Positions 12,759 to 25,506 of a stretch of DNA of 64,000 nucleotides are shown in pieces. This DNA is from Octopus sinensis (lineage: Eukaryota): the NCBI RefSeq assembly GCF_006345805.1, contig NC_043001.1:121210001-121274000 (forward strand), in the 5' to 3' direction. Under the pieces are notes generated by a model, which had not been told where the DNA came from, did no database searches, and saw only the letters and a list, made by a program, of their open reading frames with translations. A program made the position numbers and the translations under genes. Positions within the stretch are counted from its first letter, which is position 1, and every line of letters begins with the position of its first letter.

Positions 12759-15522
12759 CTTCACTTGTTATGCACAGTTTTTTCGGCTTTTCATTGTTTA
12801 TATCCTTCAAATATTGATATACATACTCAAACATAGTGATTTCAGTCCTACTGTGTAGTAGACTGGGAATTGTCATTTTCTGTGGGTGAAATTGGTTAGA
12901 GGGAAAATATATAGAAGCCCATTGAATCTATCTGTAGTTCAAAGTCACCCTCTCCTCATGTACTGTGCCATACTAATTCTGCCTTAGAATTTTGCTGAGA
13001 GTACACATGTCTCTGGAATACTTAGCCACTTTCACACTGATTAAACGAGCAGGTAATTCAGTTGATTAAACGAGCGAATCCTCATCAAAACATATGAGGA
13101 ATTATATATATATAAAATACATAATTTTAAGATCCAAGGATTCACATGTAGGTAGTTAGTAAACTTCAAGCAGTCCATAGTAGGTATAAAAAACAATTTT
13201 CGGGAACAATAATAATTTATTGGTGTAGAAGATTGTAGGTTTTTACCCATATCAAAGTTTGATAAGCTTAATATATATATGTGTGTGTGTGTATATATAT
13301 TCCACAAATGAGCACTGAAAAAAGGGGAGTAATGTATGTACATTTCAAAGGACTATAATATAATATAGGAAGATTTGAAAATCAGTCTTATGGTCAGTAA
13401 GTTTGAGGGTGAAACTAAAGAATTTGTATTGTTTCATATAGGTGCAGACATGGCTGTGGCGAAGATTTCCTTTGCAACGCTAGATAGTTTTAGATTCAAT
13501 CCCATTGTATGGCACCTTACATAATTGCCTTCTTCAATAGCCTTGGGTTAATCTGAACTGCTGCATAGTTCATATCTATTAAATTCTTCTATTGAAGTAT
13601 TTGTAACTGTAGAAACCATGCCAAAGTAGACAATGGAGGCTGGTCCAGCTTTCTGGTTTGCCAGCATGGAAGTTAGACCGTAAATGATTATGGTGATGAC
13701 ATAATCATTTTAACATCCACTTTCATGCTTGCATATGAGTCAGACAGAATTTAAGGTAGAATTTCTATAGTTGAATGTCTTTCCTTTCATCAGCATTCAC
13801 CTGTTTCCAAGCAAGGTAATATTTCTCCCTGACATGTTTTACTTGGGAAACTGTGATCAAACATCACTCGTATAACAGTGATACTCACTCAGAATCATCC
13901 CATGGTGTGGAGACACACACACTCACATATGATGTGTGTGATTCGGTTTCCATCTATGAACTCTACTCTTTGGTTGGTCTGAGGCTATAGCAGACACTTA
14001 AATGTGCTGTGCTGTGGACTTGAACCTGAAACCACATAGTTAAGAAGCAAGCTTCTTAACCATGCTGCCATGCTTGCACCAATCATCATCATCATCATGT
14101 GTTTGTTTTCCATGCTGGCATGTGTTGGACAGTTTGACAGGGTCCATTGAGCTGCAAGGAATGCATCAAGCTCCAATGTCAGCTTTGGCATAGTTTCTAC
14201 AGTTGGCTCTCCTAATGCCAACCACTTTACCATGTATATTCAGTACTTTTTTCATACCACTGACACTAGTGAGGTAACCAAAAGATTGCGAAAGGAGAGT
14301 AACAGATGGTTAAAGATAGAGGTAGAGGTTGGTGGGAAATACTTTTAGAAGGTGGGCAAATTGAGAGAGATAGAAGTGGCTCAGGAAGGAAGATAGATCA
14401 GAAAATAGGGAGATGATGTGTAAGATGTAACAGTGAGAGGAGGAAGGTGGTTATTATTGAGTGGGACAACAACAGTGGGGTAAGGGGGTCATTGATGGCA
14501 CATTTGAGAGGTGTTAAAGATGAGGTATAGCAGGCCTAAGGTGTAGCTCAGAAGGGAATGAGAGAACTTAAGACACAGGAGACTGATCAGTGGAGAATAG
14601 TGTGTGAAGGGTTTATAATGAGAATGATGTTAATGGGTGATTACAGGGGAAGAAGGAGGTAACTGGTAGTGCCAAAAAGATTGGGTGGTGGTCAAATATG
14701 TACTGAATCTGCTCTCAAGTGATTACAGAAGCCAAATATGAGTGATAGAGGGATGCATGTTAAGAGGATGAGATTTGTGGAATGCTTAGTGGATCAGATA
14801 TATATACATATTTGCTCCATGCAGATATATGTGCAGTGGGTTTCTGCAGCTTTCATTTGCTACTATCATCTATTTCATACCCATTTAATAAAGAGTTAAC
14901 ATTGCGTATTTCAATGTTGTTGTTGTTTTAATCGTTGTTTGTGAACTGTTGGGGCAAGTGGTTGTTGTGTTGTTAGTGATATTGTATTTTCAGCCAGAAA
15001 GAAAAGAAGATACTGAAGTAGGCAGAGTGTTAGTGTTAATCATCCCCTTGGCCTCTGGCAGTCAAAACATATTTAGCTGTCATAGTAGGATGATGGCATG
15101 TCTACAGTATCTTAGATATCAATAATGTTTCACATGTGCATTGGTTCACTAATCAACAACAATAGTTGCATATGACAAAGTTTGGACTTCTGATCATGTT
15201 TAGCTGGTGAACTAATTAAATGCTTAAAATAGAATCCTTACTGTAATGAATTCTATACAAATTCCCATATTTGCATGGAAAGAAGTAGAGATTATTGAGA
15301 TGTAAATGGAAAGTGATGGTGGTAAGAGATTTGTTGATAGTGAGACAAGATAAAGTAGGTGAGAATGATAGAGAAAAGTGTACGTATGTACTTATGTCCT
15401 CACATTGTACTATAACATGCAGTTTGGCAATTTGTATGCTATTGTTTTGCATTCTGTGGAATTTATTGTCCAATATTTTTGCATTCGGCTGATTTTTTTT
15501 CTTTTCCTTTTATTTGCTGCAG

Positions 15523-15580
15523 GTTTCTCAAACAGTCCAGGGAATTATGAACCAACCTCATTAGTAGAGTGTTTAAAACG
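15523..15580 (+). CDS. USP22: USP22-like short exon
   Basis: ttgctgcAG at 15521-15522 and GTaatt at 15581. Translates SFSNSPGNYEPTSLVECLKR, matching the TLxDCLRR segment of USP22. Phase-compatible on both sides. Confidence 0.9.
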
Positions 15581-16066
15581 GTAATTTTACAGCTTTATTT
15601 TTTTCCTGTCTTTTATCATTGCTATATTTCTTCTCTTCATTGAGCTCTCCGGTGCTGTCATGACTAGCAAAGTCCATCCCTCTCCAGATCTGAACTCAGC
15701 TGATTTCTTCCAGAGACAAAGTGACAAAAAGAAAATGGATAATCAGTTTTAATATCTGTTTTTCCATATGTAGCTGGGTCAACTAAAACTTGTTGAGATT
15801 TCCATAACCAGATGCTCTTTTGATTACCATTCCTCAACTGTTTCCAACTAAAGTAATATTTCTCTTGGTTCTTTGAACATGAACAGCTCAATGGCCAGGT
15901 ATATTTTCATGGCAGATTGCAAACAAATGACACGGTTTTATATGAGGGTTGACTTTGTTTACAATCAGCATGCAAATGAGGAGACAAATAAAAAACAAAC
16001 TCACATTCTCACATATGAATGCTAATATGCATGCATGACAGACTTCTTTCATTTTGTATATGAAAT

Positions 16067-16240
16067 TTCATCATCATCATCATCATCATCATCATCGTTT
16101 AGCGTCCGTTTTCCATGCTAGCATGGGTTGGACGGGTCAACTGGGGTCTGTGAAGCTGGAAGGCTTCGTCAGGCCCAGTCAGATCTGGCAGTGTTTCTAT
16201 GGCTGGATGCCCTTCCTAATGCCAACTACTCCGCGAGATT
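16067..16240 (-). mobile_element. RTE 3'-end fragment, antisense, (CAT)n tail on + strand
   Basis: (CAT)n is followed by cgtttagcgtccgttttccatgctagcatgggttggacg...ggatgcccttcctaatgccaac, nearly identical to 25735-25890. Confidence 0.85.
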
Positions 16241-17864
16241 TTGATTAGTATAGTAGAAAACTCTTGCCCAAGGTGCCATGCAATAGGACTGAACCCAAAA
16301 CCATATAGCTGCAAAGCGAACTTATTAACCACATAACCATGCATAAGTCTATTGGCTTCATATCTTAATTTCAGTCAGAATTTTACCTTTTCTTTCTGCA
16401 GATCAATAAAAATTGCTCCATGAGGAATTTTATTAAACTTGGCTGAATGCTTTAGCACTACTGTTCATAATGATCATAGATTTGTTAATTTAATTTTTGG
16501 GTTTCATTATTCTACTTCATTTATATGTAACATGGAAGATTCCATGTTATCCCCCATAGACTATCAGACCTCAGCTTTCTGTGGAATGCTACAATTGCCC
16601 ACTCCTCTCACACTCACTATTTTCCTATTTTATTGTCAGATAAGTGGGTTTTTTGTTCATTTTTGTGCCTTACTCAGCAGCAAGTACTAACTCTCTTCGT
16701 TCAAGAGTTTAATACCTTCTTTATAAAAATAATCTTACAAAGTATTGTTTATTCATTGAAACAAAAAATTCATAATTACTGGAATTACAGATTGCAAATT
16801 TTACCTCAGACTAGAGATAATCCAAATTGATAATCAGCGTTAATACACTACAAAAGTCTTTTCTTTTATATTGCTGTATTTTACTGTTGTTGAATGCAAG
16901 TAGCATGTTTACTTATTTAGCCACATGCAATAACCCTAATTTAAATTGTAACAAACAAAAATTTACTGCCCATGACTTCTTTTCTCCTTTTTTTATTTCA
17001 CCAAGTCTCGTGAATGGGACAAGGGCAATAACTCTGGATATCCTTTAGTCTACATTATTATACAAATATAATTGTAGAATCTTACATACATCCTGCCACT
17101 TTCCATATGGCTTTTCATATATAAAAAAAAGTATAAAAAATTATAAGAATGAATTAAATTACAATTAGTGCTTTTACTTTTATTTGCCCATTTATTTATT
17201 CAGTTTATGGTATCTCTCCAGTCTGAGAAAGACGGTTTATTTATAGTGATCAAATGTTTATGCTGTACAAAGGCTCATTCCCTCCTTCAAATCAACTTTA
17301 CCTGTACAGGTGCTTGGTGTACCACGCATTTAAATATCAAAGTTATCATAGAGCAACATGAAATAAAGTGTTTTGCTCAAGAATACAACACACTGGTCAG
17401 TCTAGAATTAAAAGTCCTTAGTCCACTTTCCATGCACGACAAACAACGATGATGTGACCTGTCTAAAATTATATTAAGGTTCTAACAAGTCATTAGCTAA
17501 GTCTTGCTGTAGTCCATATGATAATTACATAGTCTTCAGTAGCTTTGTATGTCTATTGATATAACTATCGGGTATTCAGATCATGTCATAGTTCTTTGTC
17601 TTTATCCATTTGTAGGCACTAAACTTTAGTAATGAAAATATGTCCTTAGTAAACTAATTACAGGCATTTTTTCCACAGTGAGATAGAAATTATGAGCCAT
17701 TTTCTTCTAAGCATTACTGGAATGTTCTATTCAAATTCATTTGTGGGGTTTTAGTGTATTTATAATACTTATTTTATTGATCCCAAAAGGTTGAAAAATA
17801 AAGCTAATCTTGATGGCACATGAACTAAATTCCTTACTATCTCAATTACATTCATTGCTCTTAA

Positions 17865-18085
17865 CCTATTTTATTACCATATTTCTGTTGGAATATGTTG
17901 CCATTGTTTCAATTAACTTTGAAAATAATCAAGAATTTTCTAAAATAGCTTTGCTTATTAAGCTGTTGTTTGGAACATAAATTAACCTGGAATTTTGTTG
18001 GAATGTTTTAATTTAGATAACTTTAATGCAGGAAGTTCACAACATAAAAACAAGGACTATCTCCGATGGGCTGGTGTTAAAAGGG
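17865..18085. mobile_element. Putative piggyBac-type MITE
   Basis: TTAA at 17861-17864 and 18086-18089 flanks imperfect ends CCTATTTT...AAAAGGG. A TTAA TSD with CCC/GGG termini is the piggyBac signature. There is no ORF. Confidence 0.45.
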
Positions 18086-19402
18086 TTAATAGTTGTTTCA
18101 TTTGATTAAAGATAGAACCAAATTCCATTGCAGAACATCATCATCATAGACGCTCTTCCCAACATCAACTGTTTTACAGAATATACTGGGTGCTTTTTAT
18201 GGAGCACCAGCGCTATGGCTTTGTTAAGAGAAATAAGCATAGTATATTACTAGCAGTGGCATTTACTACATAAACGCAAATAACAAATCAGATTTTAATA
18301 TAAATTTTCATTTGTGTGAGAGACAGCTAGAAAGAAGGTAACATAAATGCTACATGTATCCCACTTCAATTATCTAGTTTTGATTATTAACATTGCATGC
18401 AATGGTTTAAGTACCAGGGGTTGCACCTGATAATCCTTATTTTATGAACCTAGGAAGAAATGAAAGCTGATTTGAACCTTGCAGAGGGAAGGAACTGTGT
18501 TAGTCTACTATTGCTACCATTTTATGATTGAAATGATAATTTTTAATATTAGCTATGTGGTTAAAAATGACGTGGTTTGGGGTTTGTTTCTACTACATGG
18601 TCCTATTGGCAGGGGTCTCTTCTATGGTCTTGCACTGACCAGTGCCTGAGTGAATTTGATAAGCAAAAACTGTAAAAAGCCTTTTGGTGTTTTGTAGGTT
18701 GTGTGGTGTCTTTCCATTGTATTGATGCTGTTTGCACTGTAGGTAAAAACAAGGTCACTGTCCAGGCAAACAGTATCATTGTTTACAATGTACTGTAAAA
18801 ACATTTCTGTTTGTTGTTTGAGGGACTACAAGAAATATTACCTTAATTGGGAACAGATTGTGGATGGTGATAGGAAGGGCATGCATTCATAAAATATCTA
18901 CCTCAAAATGCATGGAAAAATGCACATTAAAATGATGGTGGTGGTGGTAGCAGTGGCATCAGAGGTCTATAATTATGATAGAAATCAAATTGACTTATTT
19001 TATTGTCCCTGAGAAAGTAATAGCCAAAATTTATCCTTGTAACCCCTGAGGGAAGAAAGGCAAAATTGACTCCAGTGGAGCTTGGTCTCAGAATGTAAAG
19101 AAATGGGTCCAAATACTGATAGGCATCTATTTAGTCAAACATATTCTACTGATTTTGACACTTCAACACCATTTTATTGTCAATAAACATATAATAATTG
19201 TTTCCAAGTATTATATTCTAGTTAAGCACAAGACCAACAATATTGAGAAGAGAGGAGGCTAGTTGATTATATTGATCCCAGTACTTGGTTGGTACTTGAG
19301 CTATTGAGGTCGATGTTATTGACTAATCTCCAATGATACTTTATTTGAATATTCACTGTTATTCTTAGTGTGAATATTCACATTTATGTATATATTTTTC
19401 AG

Positions 19403-19529
19403 ATTTACCAAACCAGAACATTTGGGCAGCTCTGCAAAAATCAAATGTAGCAGTTGTCATAGTTACCAAGAATCTACAAAACAGTTGACCATGAAAAAAC
19501 TGCCAGTGGTTGCATGCTTCCATTTAAAG
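19403..19529 (+). CDS. USP22: USP22-like exon
   Basis: tttttcAG at 19401-19402 and GTaaga at 19530. Translates [42 protein letters not shown]. Confidence 0.96.
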
Positions 19530-20325
19530 GTAAGAATTTGGATTGTATGCTTGCTGAAAATGAAGAGCATCAGTTGGGTAGTGATGCTGTTGGGCAGCTG
19601 ACCATCAGTCATTTTCACATGGGCACAAAATAGGTTTGTGTGTATTGTATTTGATTTCATGATTTGTGTAGGTTATGACTTAGTCAGAGGAGGGAGGGCT
19701 GTCTGTTGTCCATGAGCCTTTGAGGTGGAGCAGAGGGAAGTGGGATGACTATCCTCAAACCAAGCGCCTGGCCCAAATACTTGCAACAGGGTGAACTCTG
19801 CTAAAGGTACTCAAGAACCAGGTGATTATGTTAAACTGATGGATTAATTCTACATATTGAGTACGAAGCTAAGTGCCAAAATAAATAACTTAGTGTTTTT
19901 TCCCAGCTGTGACTTGTCTACTATTTCCAAGAACTGGAATGGTTTACCAAATGAGGTTCTGCACACTCCCTTTTTACCAAATTCCACTCACAAGGATTTA
20001 GACAATTCAAGGTTGCTGCATAGTTGGGTTGAACCTGAAACCTCACAGTTGTGAAACAAACATCTGTACCACATAAACTTCTCTATGCCTATTGTAAAGT
20101 CACAGCTAGTTGGATCAGTAGTTGTTAACAGTAAGTGCAATAGTATATATAAAATGAGATGATTTGGAAAGGATAGTATTAGATTTAAATCACCTCTTGG
20201 AGATTGGATCCTGCTAATCTTGTTTAATCTATAAAAACTACCACGAAGCAGAACTTTAATGTGATGAGTACTCCTACAAGCTAATGCATCATCATAAATG
20301 AAAACACTGTTGTGCATTAGGACTA

Positions 20326-21362
20326 ATCATCATCATCATCGTTTAACGTCTGCTTTCCATGCTAGCATGGGTTGGACTGATGAACCAGATGGCTGCACCA
20401 GGCTCCAATCTTGATCTGGCAGAGTTTCTACAGCTGGATGCCCTTCCTAATGCCAACCACTCCAAGAGTCTAGTGGGTGCTTTTACGTGCCACAGGCACG
20501 GGGTCCAGTCAGGTGGTACTGGCAACGACCTCGCTCGAATCTTTTTACACATGCCACTGGCACAGGTGCCAGTAAGTCGATGCTGGTAATGATCACGTTC
20601 GAATGGTGCTTTTTACGTGCCACCGGCACGGAAGCCAGTTAGCCGCTCTGGCAACGATCACACTTGGATGGTGCTCTTTGCACCTCACTAGCAAGGATGC
20701 CAGTCATCAAACTTGATTTGGATTTCACTTGCCTCAACAGGTCTTCGCAAGCAGAGTTTAGTGTCCAAAGAAGGAAAAGGTACGCATAAGTGGGCTGGTT
20801 ACGCCCCTGGCATAGGCCACGAGGTTATGGTCTCATTTGGCTTGCTGGGTCTTCTCAAGCACAGCATATCTCCAAAAGTCTCGGTCACTAGTCATTTCCT
20901 TGGTGCGACCTAAAGTTCGAAGGTCGTGCTTCATCCCAGGTCTTCCTGGGTCTACCTCTTCCACAGGTTCCCTCAACCGCTAGGGTGTGGCACTTTTTCA
21001 CACAGCTATCCTCATCCATTCTCGCCGCATGACCATACCAGCGCAGTCGTCTCTCTTGCACACCACATCTGATACTTCATAAGTCCGACTTTTCTCTCAA
21101 GATACTTACACTCTGTCTAGTATGCACACTGACATTACACATCCATCAGAGCATACTGGCTTCATTCCTTGTGAGCTTACACATGACCTCAGCAGTCACA
21201 GCCCATGTTTCACTGCCATGTAGCATGGCGGTTCGTACACATGCGTCATACAGACTACCTTTTACTCTGAGCGAGAGGCCCTTTGTCACTAGCAGGGGTA
21301 AGAGCTCTCTGAACTTTGCTCACGCTATTCTCATTCTAGCAGCTACACTTTCAGCGCACCCT
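20326..21362 (-). mobile_element. 5'-truncated RTE LINE, antisense to USP22
   Basis: The minus strand encodes CAESVAARMRIA*AKFRELLPL...YGSETWAVTAE...RPRKTWD(E)ARPS-like remnants. It has a 3' UTR with gtggcacgtaaaa repeats and an (ATC)n tail at 20326-20340. Confidence 0.9.
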
Positions 21363-22343
21363 GTCAGTATTATATTGAAGTGTGTGTACATGCAGGTGCA
21401 CACAGACACACACACAAACACATATATATATATAAAGTTCCACTTTTATTCCACATCATAACTGTAATCATCATCATTGTTTAACATCCATTTTCCATGC
21501 TGGCATGGGTTGGATGGTTTGACAGGAGCTGCCCAGGCTCTATTTGTCTGTTTTGTCATGGTTTCTACAGCCGGTTGCCTACCCTTCCTAATGCCGGCCA
21601 CTTCACAGATTGTACAGGGTGCTTTTAACATGGCACAAGCACCCATGAGCCTGCAAGACTAGGATCTTTCAGCTCAGAGAGAGATGTAAGAGACATTGCT
21701 GTATGCATAGATAGCCACAATTTTACTTAGCTTGGCATGTCTTCTCAAGCACGGCAAACTGCCAGGAGTCTCCAGCCCTTCTCATCTCCTCTGTGAGCCT
21801 AACATCTGAAGATCCTCAAAAGGAATGCTAAATATATAACTAAAAAAAATTATTAGTAATTGCTTCACTGCTGTCCAAATGTCTTTCAGTTATTGGACTG
21901 CAGCCATGCTGTGGCTCTTTCTTGAAGGGTCTAATTGAACAAATCAACCTCAATACTTATTTTTAAGCTCAGTACTTATTTTATTGGTCTCTTTTGCTGA
22001 ATCACTAAGTTGCAGAAATATAAACCACCACCAGTTGTCAGAACACATATATTTATATGATAAGCTTCTTTTGGTTTCCATCGGCCAGATCCACTCCAAA
22101 GGCTTTGGTTGGCCTAGGGCTATAGTTGAAGACACTTGACTAAGGTACTGTGCAGGTACTAAGGTATTCAGCCTGAAACCACAGGGTTGGGAAGCAAGTT
22201 TCTTAGCCATACATCTACATCTGTGTCTGTATTAATGATAAATTTAATCTTTGTCATAATAGCATGTAAAAATAATATAAAATTGTTGTGATGAATTTTC
22301 TAGAAAGTCCATGAAATAATTTCTTTTTCTGATGTACTTTCAG

Positions 22344-22507
22344 CGGTTTGAACACTCCACGGGTTACCACAAGAAGATCTCCACATTTGTGTCATTTCCA
22401 GAAGAATTGGACATGACTCCATTCATGTCATCATCTCGCAGTAACAACAATGGTTATCGAAATCAAGTTGTCCAAGAATCTGCCAAAAGTCTTTCCTGTG
22501 ATAACAA
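22344..22507 (+). CDS. USP22: USP22-like exon
   Basis: ctttcAG at 22342-22343 and GTaaga at 22508. Translates [54 protein letters not shown](K). Confidence 0.95.
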
Positions 22508-23562
22508 GTAAGACATTAGTATTGATATCTTCTGCCATCTAATGATCTCTGAGGAGGAGAAAATATCTATAATCATTACTGGTGCTGCTGTTCCAAAATT
22601 GTGTCTAAATCATTCATTTCCTATAATTTTAAAACCTATGAAGGCCTCCACTGGTCAGTGTTGACCATGCATAAATGCAGGCCTGGGCCAGATTTTTTGA
22701 GAAACACTAGCAGTTGCCCGTATAAGCAACTCTTCCCTCTCCACATGACAATGTTTATTCAAGGAAAAGGTAGTTGACTTGGGCTGATACAGTTTGGTGC
22801 CAATGTTGTTGCAATCATTGCTGTCAGAATGAACTGTTTTTCCATTCCAACATCCTAAAATTGGTACATTAATAGGTATGCCACTTTACTGGTGTTGAAA
22901 TTGCACTCTCTATAAGTGTTCAAAGCCACTTGAAATTTTGTCCTTCATTGAAAAGGATAAAAGACAAATTAAACTTCAGTAAAGTTCAGAATGCAGAGAG
23001 TTGGAATAAATACCATTAGGCATTCTATCCAATACTCTAATGACTTCGCCAAACAGCTTTATCTCTCTGTCTGTCTACATATATTTATTTACCATTTTTC
23101 TAAGAGAGGACTTTGTGGTACAAACAACACAACAAATCGTTTTTTATTCCAGCTTTCATGCTAAACAATAGTTTATGTTGTAGGCCCCATGACAGTTTCC
23201 TCCATTTTGCCCTATCCTCAACATTTCCCCTCGTCTTTAACTGTCTTTTTTGGTCTGCCTCTATTTTCATCACTCCTTTTATCCAATCACTTTCATCTTT
23301 CCTCAGCACATCATCTGGCCATCTCTTCCAATCTCTTTTCACAGCATCTATCATTGGCTTTATTCTCATCAGTCTCTTCAGTTTATTATTTTTCTGCCAC
23401 CCTTATACTCTCCTCATTCACCAAACCATTCTCATTTCTATTCTTTCCAAAGCATTGTTGTTGCTTTTATTAGCCATATATTCTGTTTAGATCTTAGTTT
23501 CTTGAACTCTGCATTTCATAATTTTAATTTATTGTTTATTATTCCCATTCTCTCTTTATTAG

Positions 23563-23712
23563 ATACTCACTATTTGCTGTAGTGAACCACAGCGGCACAA
23601 TAGAAACTGGACATTATACATGTTACATCAGGCTGCACAAAAACCAGTGGTACAAATGTGATGATCATATGATCACCAAAGCTACACCACAAGAGGTTTT
23701 GAATAGTGAAGG
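23563..23712 (+). CDS. USP22: USP22-like exon with the His box
   Basis: tttattAG at 23561-23562 and GTaagt at 23713. Translates [49 protein letters not shown](G). The catalytic His codon is 23612-23614. Confidence 0.96.
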
Positions 23713-24370
23713 GTAAGTAAAAATACTGTATATTTTTCTCTGAAAATCCTGAATAAACAAGTATAGTTCTCTGCCCCACCTTTCTTTTTGCTCTTCAAAA
23801 TGCAAATTTGTGCTTGCATATTATTAAGTCAATGCCTTGTCATCTCAACATAATTTTAACCTCTTATTATGTACCCCAAGCTCAGTCAGGTTTGCAATAC
23901 AGCATCTGATTTATATCAAACTGTCAAATGTTATTTGTGGTACTAATTTTCAGTTTTAAGGCATTAAATGATGATGAGGGTATACATCTATATTATACTA
24001 AAACTCAATGTTTATTTGTTTTCCTGCCATTTAATTAAGATTATAAAGATTACAAATAAAATAGTAATTTCCCCCTTTAAGAAAAAAAAAATCAAGTTGA
24101 AAATGTCGATGCTTCAAAGAGTCCTGTCAGCGACCGCCATCCTTTTTCTTACTTCTTTTTTCTCATTTTTATGAGATATTTTTGAATTACAGGAACTTGT
24201 TTGTTTTTATTTCCTTAATGGGGAAAATTACTATTTTATTTCAAATAAAATATTAATCTTTATCATCTTAATCAAAATACAGAAAAGCAGAGAGAGAGAG
24301 AGACTGTCTTTTTATAGATGAAGATCAGATGCAATGGGGGGAGTTGAATCTCATAAGAATGGGGGGAAAC

Positions 24371-24977
24371 AATAAATAGGTTGTACCTTATAATGAAACC
24401 CTTTTAAGAGCATTCAAAATGCCATTGCAAAGCTGCTGTTCAAATAAACAATGATAACGAAATTAGTCAATATCTAATGGGTAGGTATATTGTGCCATCC
24501 GAAGCAGTTGCATCCATTTTAGGATTTTCAGTTCATGAAAGAGCACCTGCAATAGTGAGACTGCAAGTTCATCTTCCAGATGAACAAAGAATATTGCTTA
24601 GAAATTATGAGGATATATATGGCTGTCAATGAACGACGTATAAGAACAACATTGACAGAATTCTTTTTCATTGTGCATCAATGATGACATTGCAAAAACA
24701 TTACTTGATGCTGAAGTATCCCTGTATTTCATTTAGAACAGTAGTAACAAAGAATGGCAAAGAAGGAAGTAAGGAAAAAAAGTTGAAGGCCATTTGAACG
24801 TTTACAAAGAAGAAACGCTTCATCGCGTTGCGTTGTCACACTAAAGGCGTGAGAGCTGTATTACTTAAGAATTTTATTGCATGAAGTTCAAAATAGTATT
24901 TTTTCCTATCCTGCTGCACATCAACATTTTCAACTTGGAGTGTTTGTGGCCCAACGGATCATGGCGGGTACATCTAG
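24371..24977 (+). mobile_element. Decayed Helitron Rep-helicase fragment with possible 3' CTAG terminus
   Basis: Hand translation across frameshifts gives *VVPYNETLLRAF.CH, NDNEISQYLMGRYIVPSEAVASILGFSVHERAPAIVRLQVHLPDEQRI, TTLTEFF.LCINDDIAKTLL.AEV, WQRRK*GKKVEGH and YLRILLHEV. This is collinear with the Helitron Rep region (VVPYN, GRYIS..EA.WRI, HL...QRV, TTLT.FF, YLRLLL). A GC-rich gcccaacggatcatggcgggtacatCTAG|T ends at 24977. Confidence 0.8.
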
Positions 24978-25506
24978 TATGTATGTAGTTGGACTATAGC
25001 TGTCTTGAAAGGTAGACTTAAATCTGTTCCTTGGTTTGACATTACCACCTGGTCTTCAGCTACATTTAATCCATTCTCATGTAAACACTTGAACTAGATC
25101 TCTAGTCTAAGAACATGATATTTTCATTTTTCTCTACCTACCTCAGAAGCTTTCCTAAAAGGTCATGGGTGTTAACCTTCTCCTCTTGGCTAAAATAAAT
25201 AAAGACAAAAGGCATGGAAATACCTTACATTCAAAAGATACTAATTATTCACATCCAACCTAAATTACAATAAAACAATTAAGAGTATTCAAAATTACAA
25301 GTCAAACCATAGACATTATCAGCAGCAGCAGCAGTCTGTCAGTAATCAATGATTGTTGTCCCATGTGAAATGTCCCATTAGGGGTATATCAGTCTCCTTC
25401 ATTGGTGTCTGCCATCAACTGTGAGAAACGGTGTCCAGTTTCTGCATCTTACATTTATGTCGAGTTTTTCATACTATTACACAACTGTAAGAGTATTTCT
25501 CTAGAC

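Noticed and set aside
20326-21375. TSD for the antisense RTE at 20.3-21.4 kb, and for the RTE at 40822 and the CR1 at 48735
   Set aside because: No matching direct repeat could be identified. The flanks are diverged or are simple repeats.
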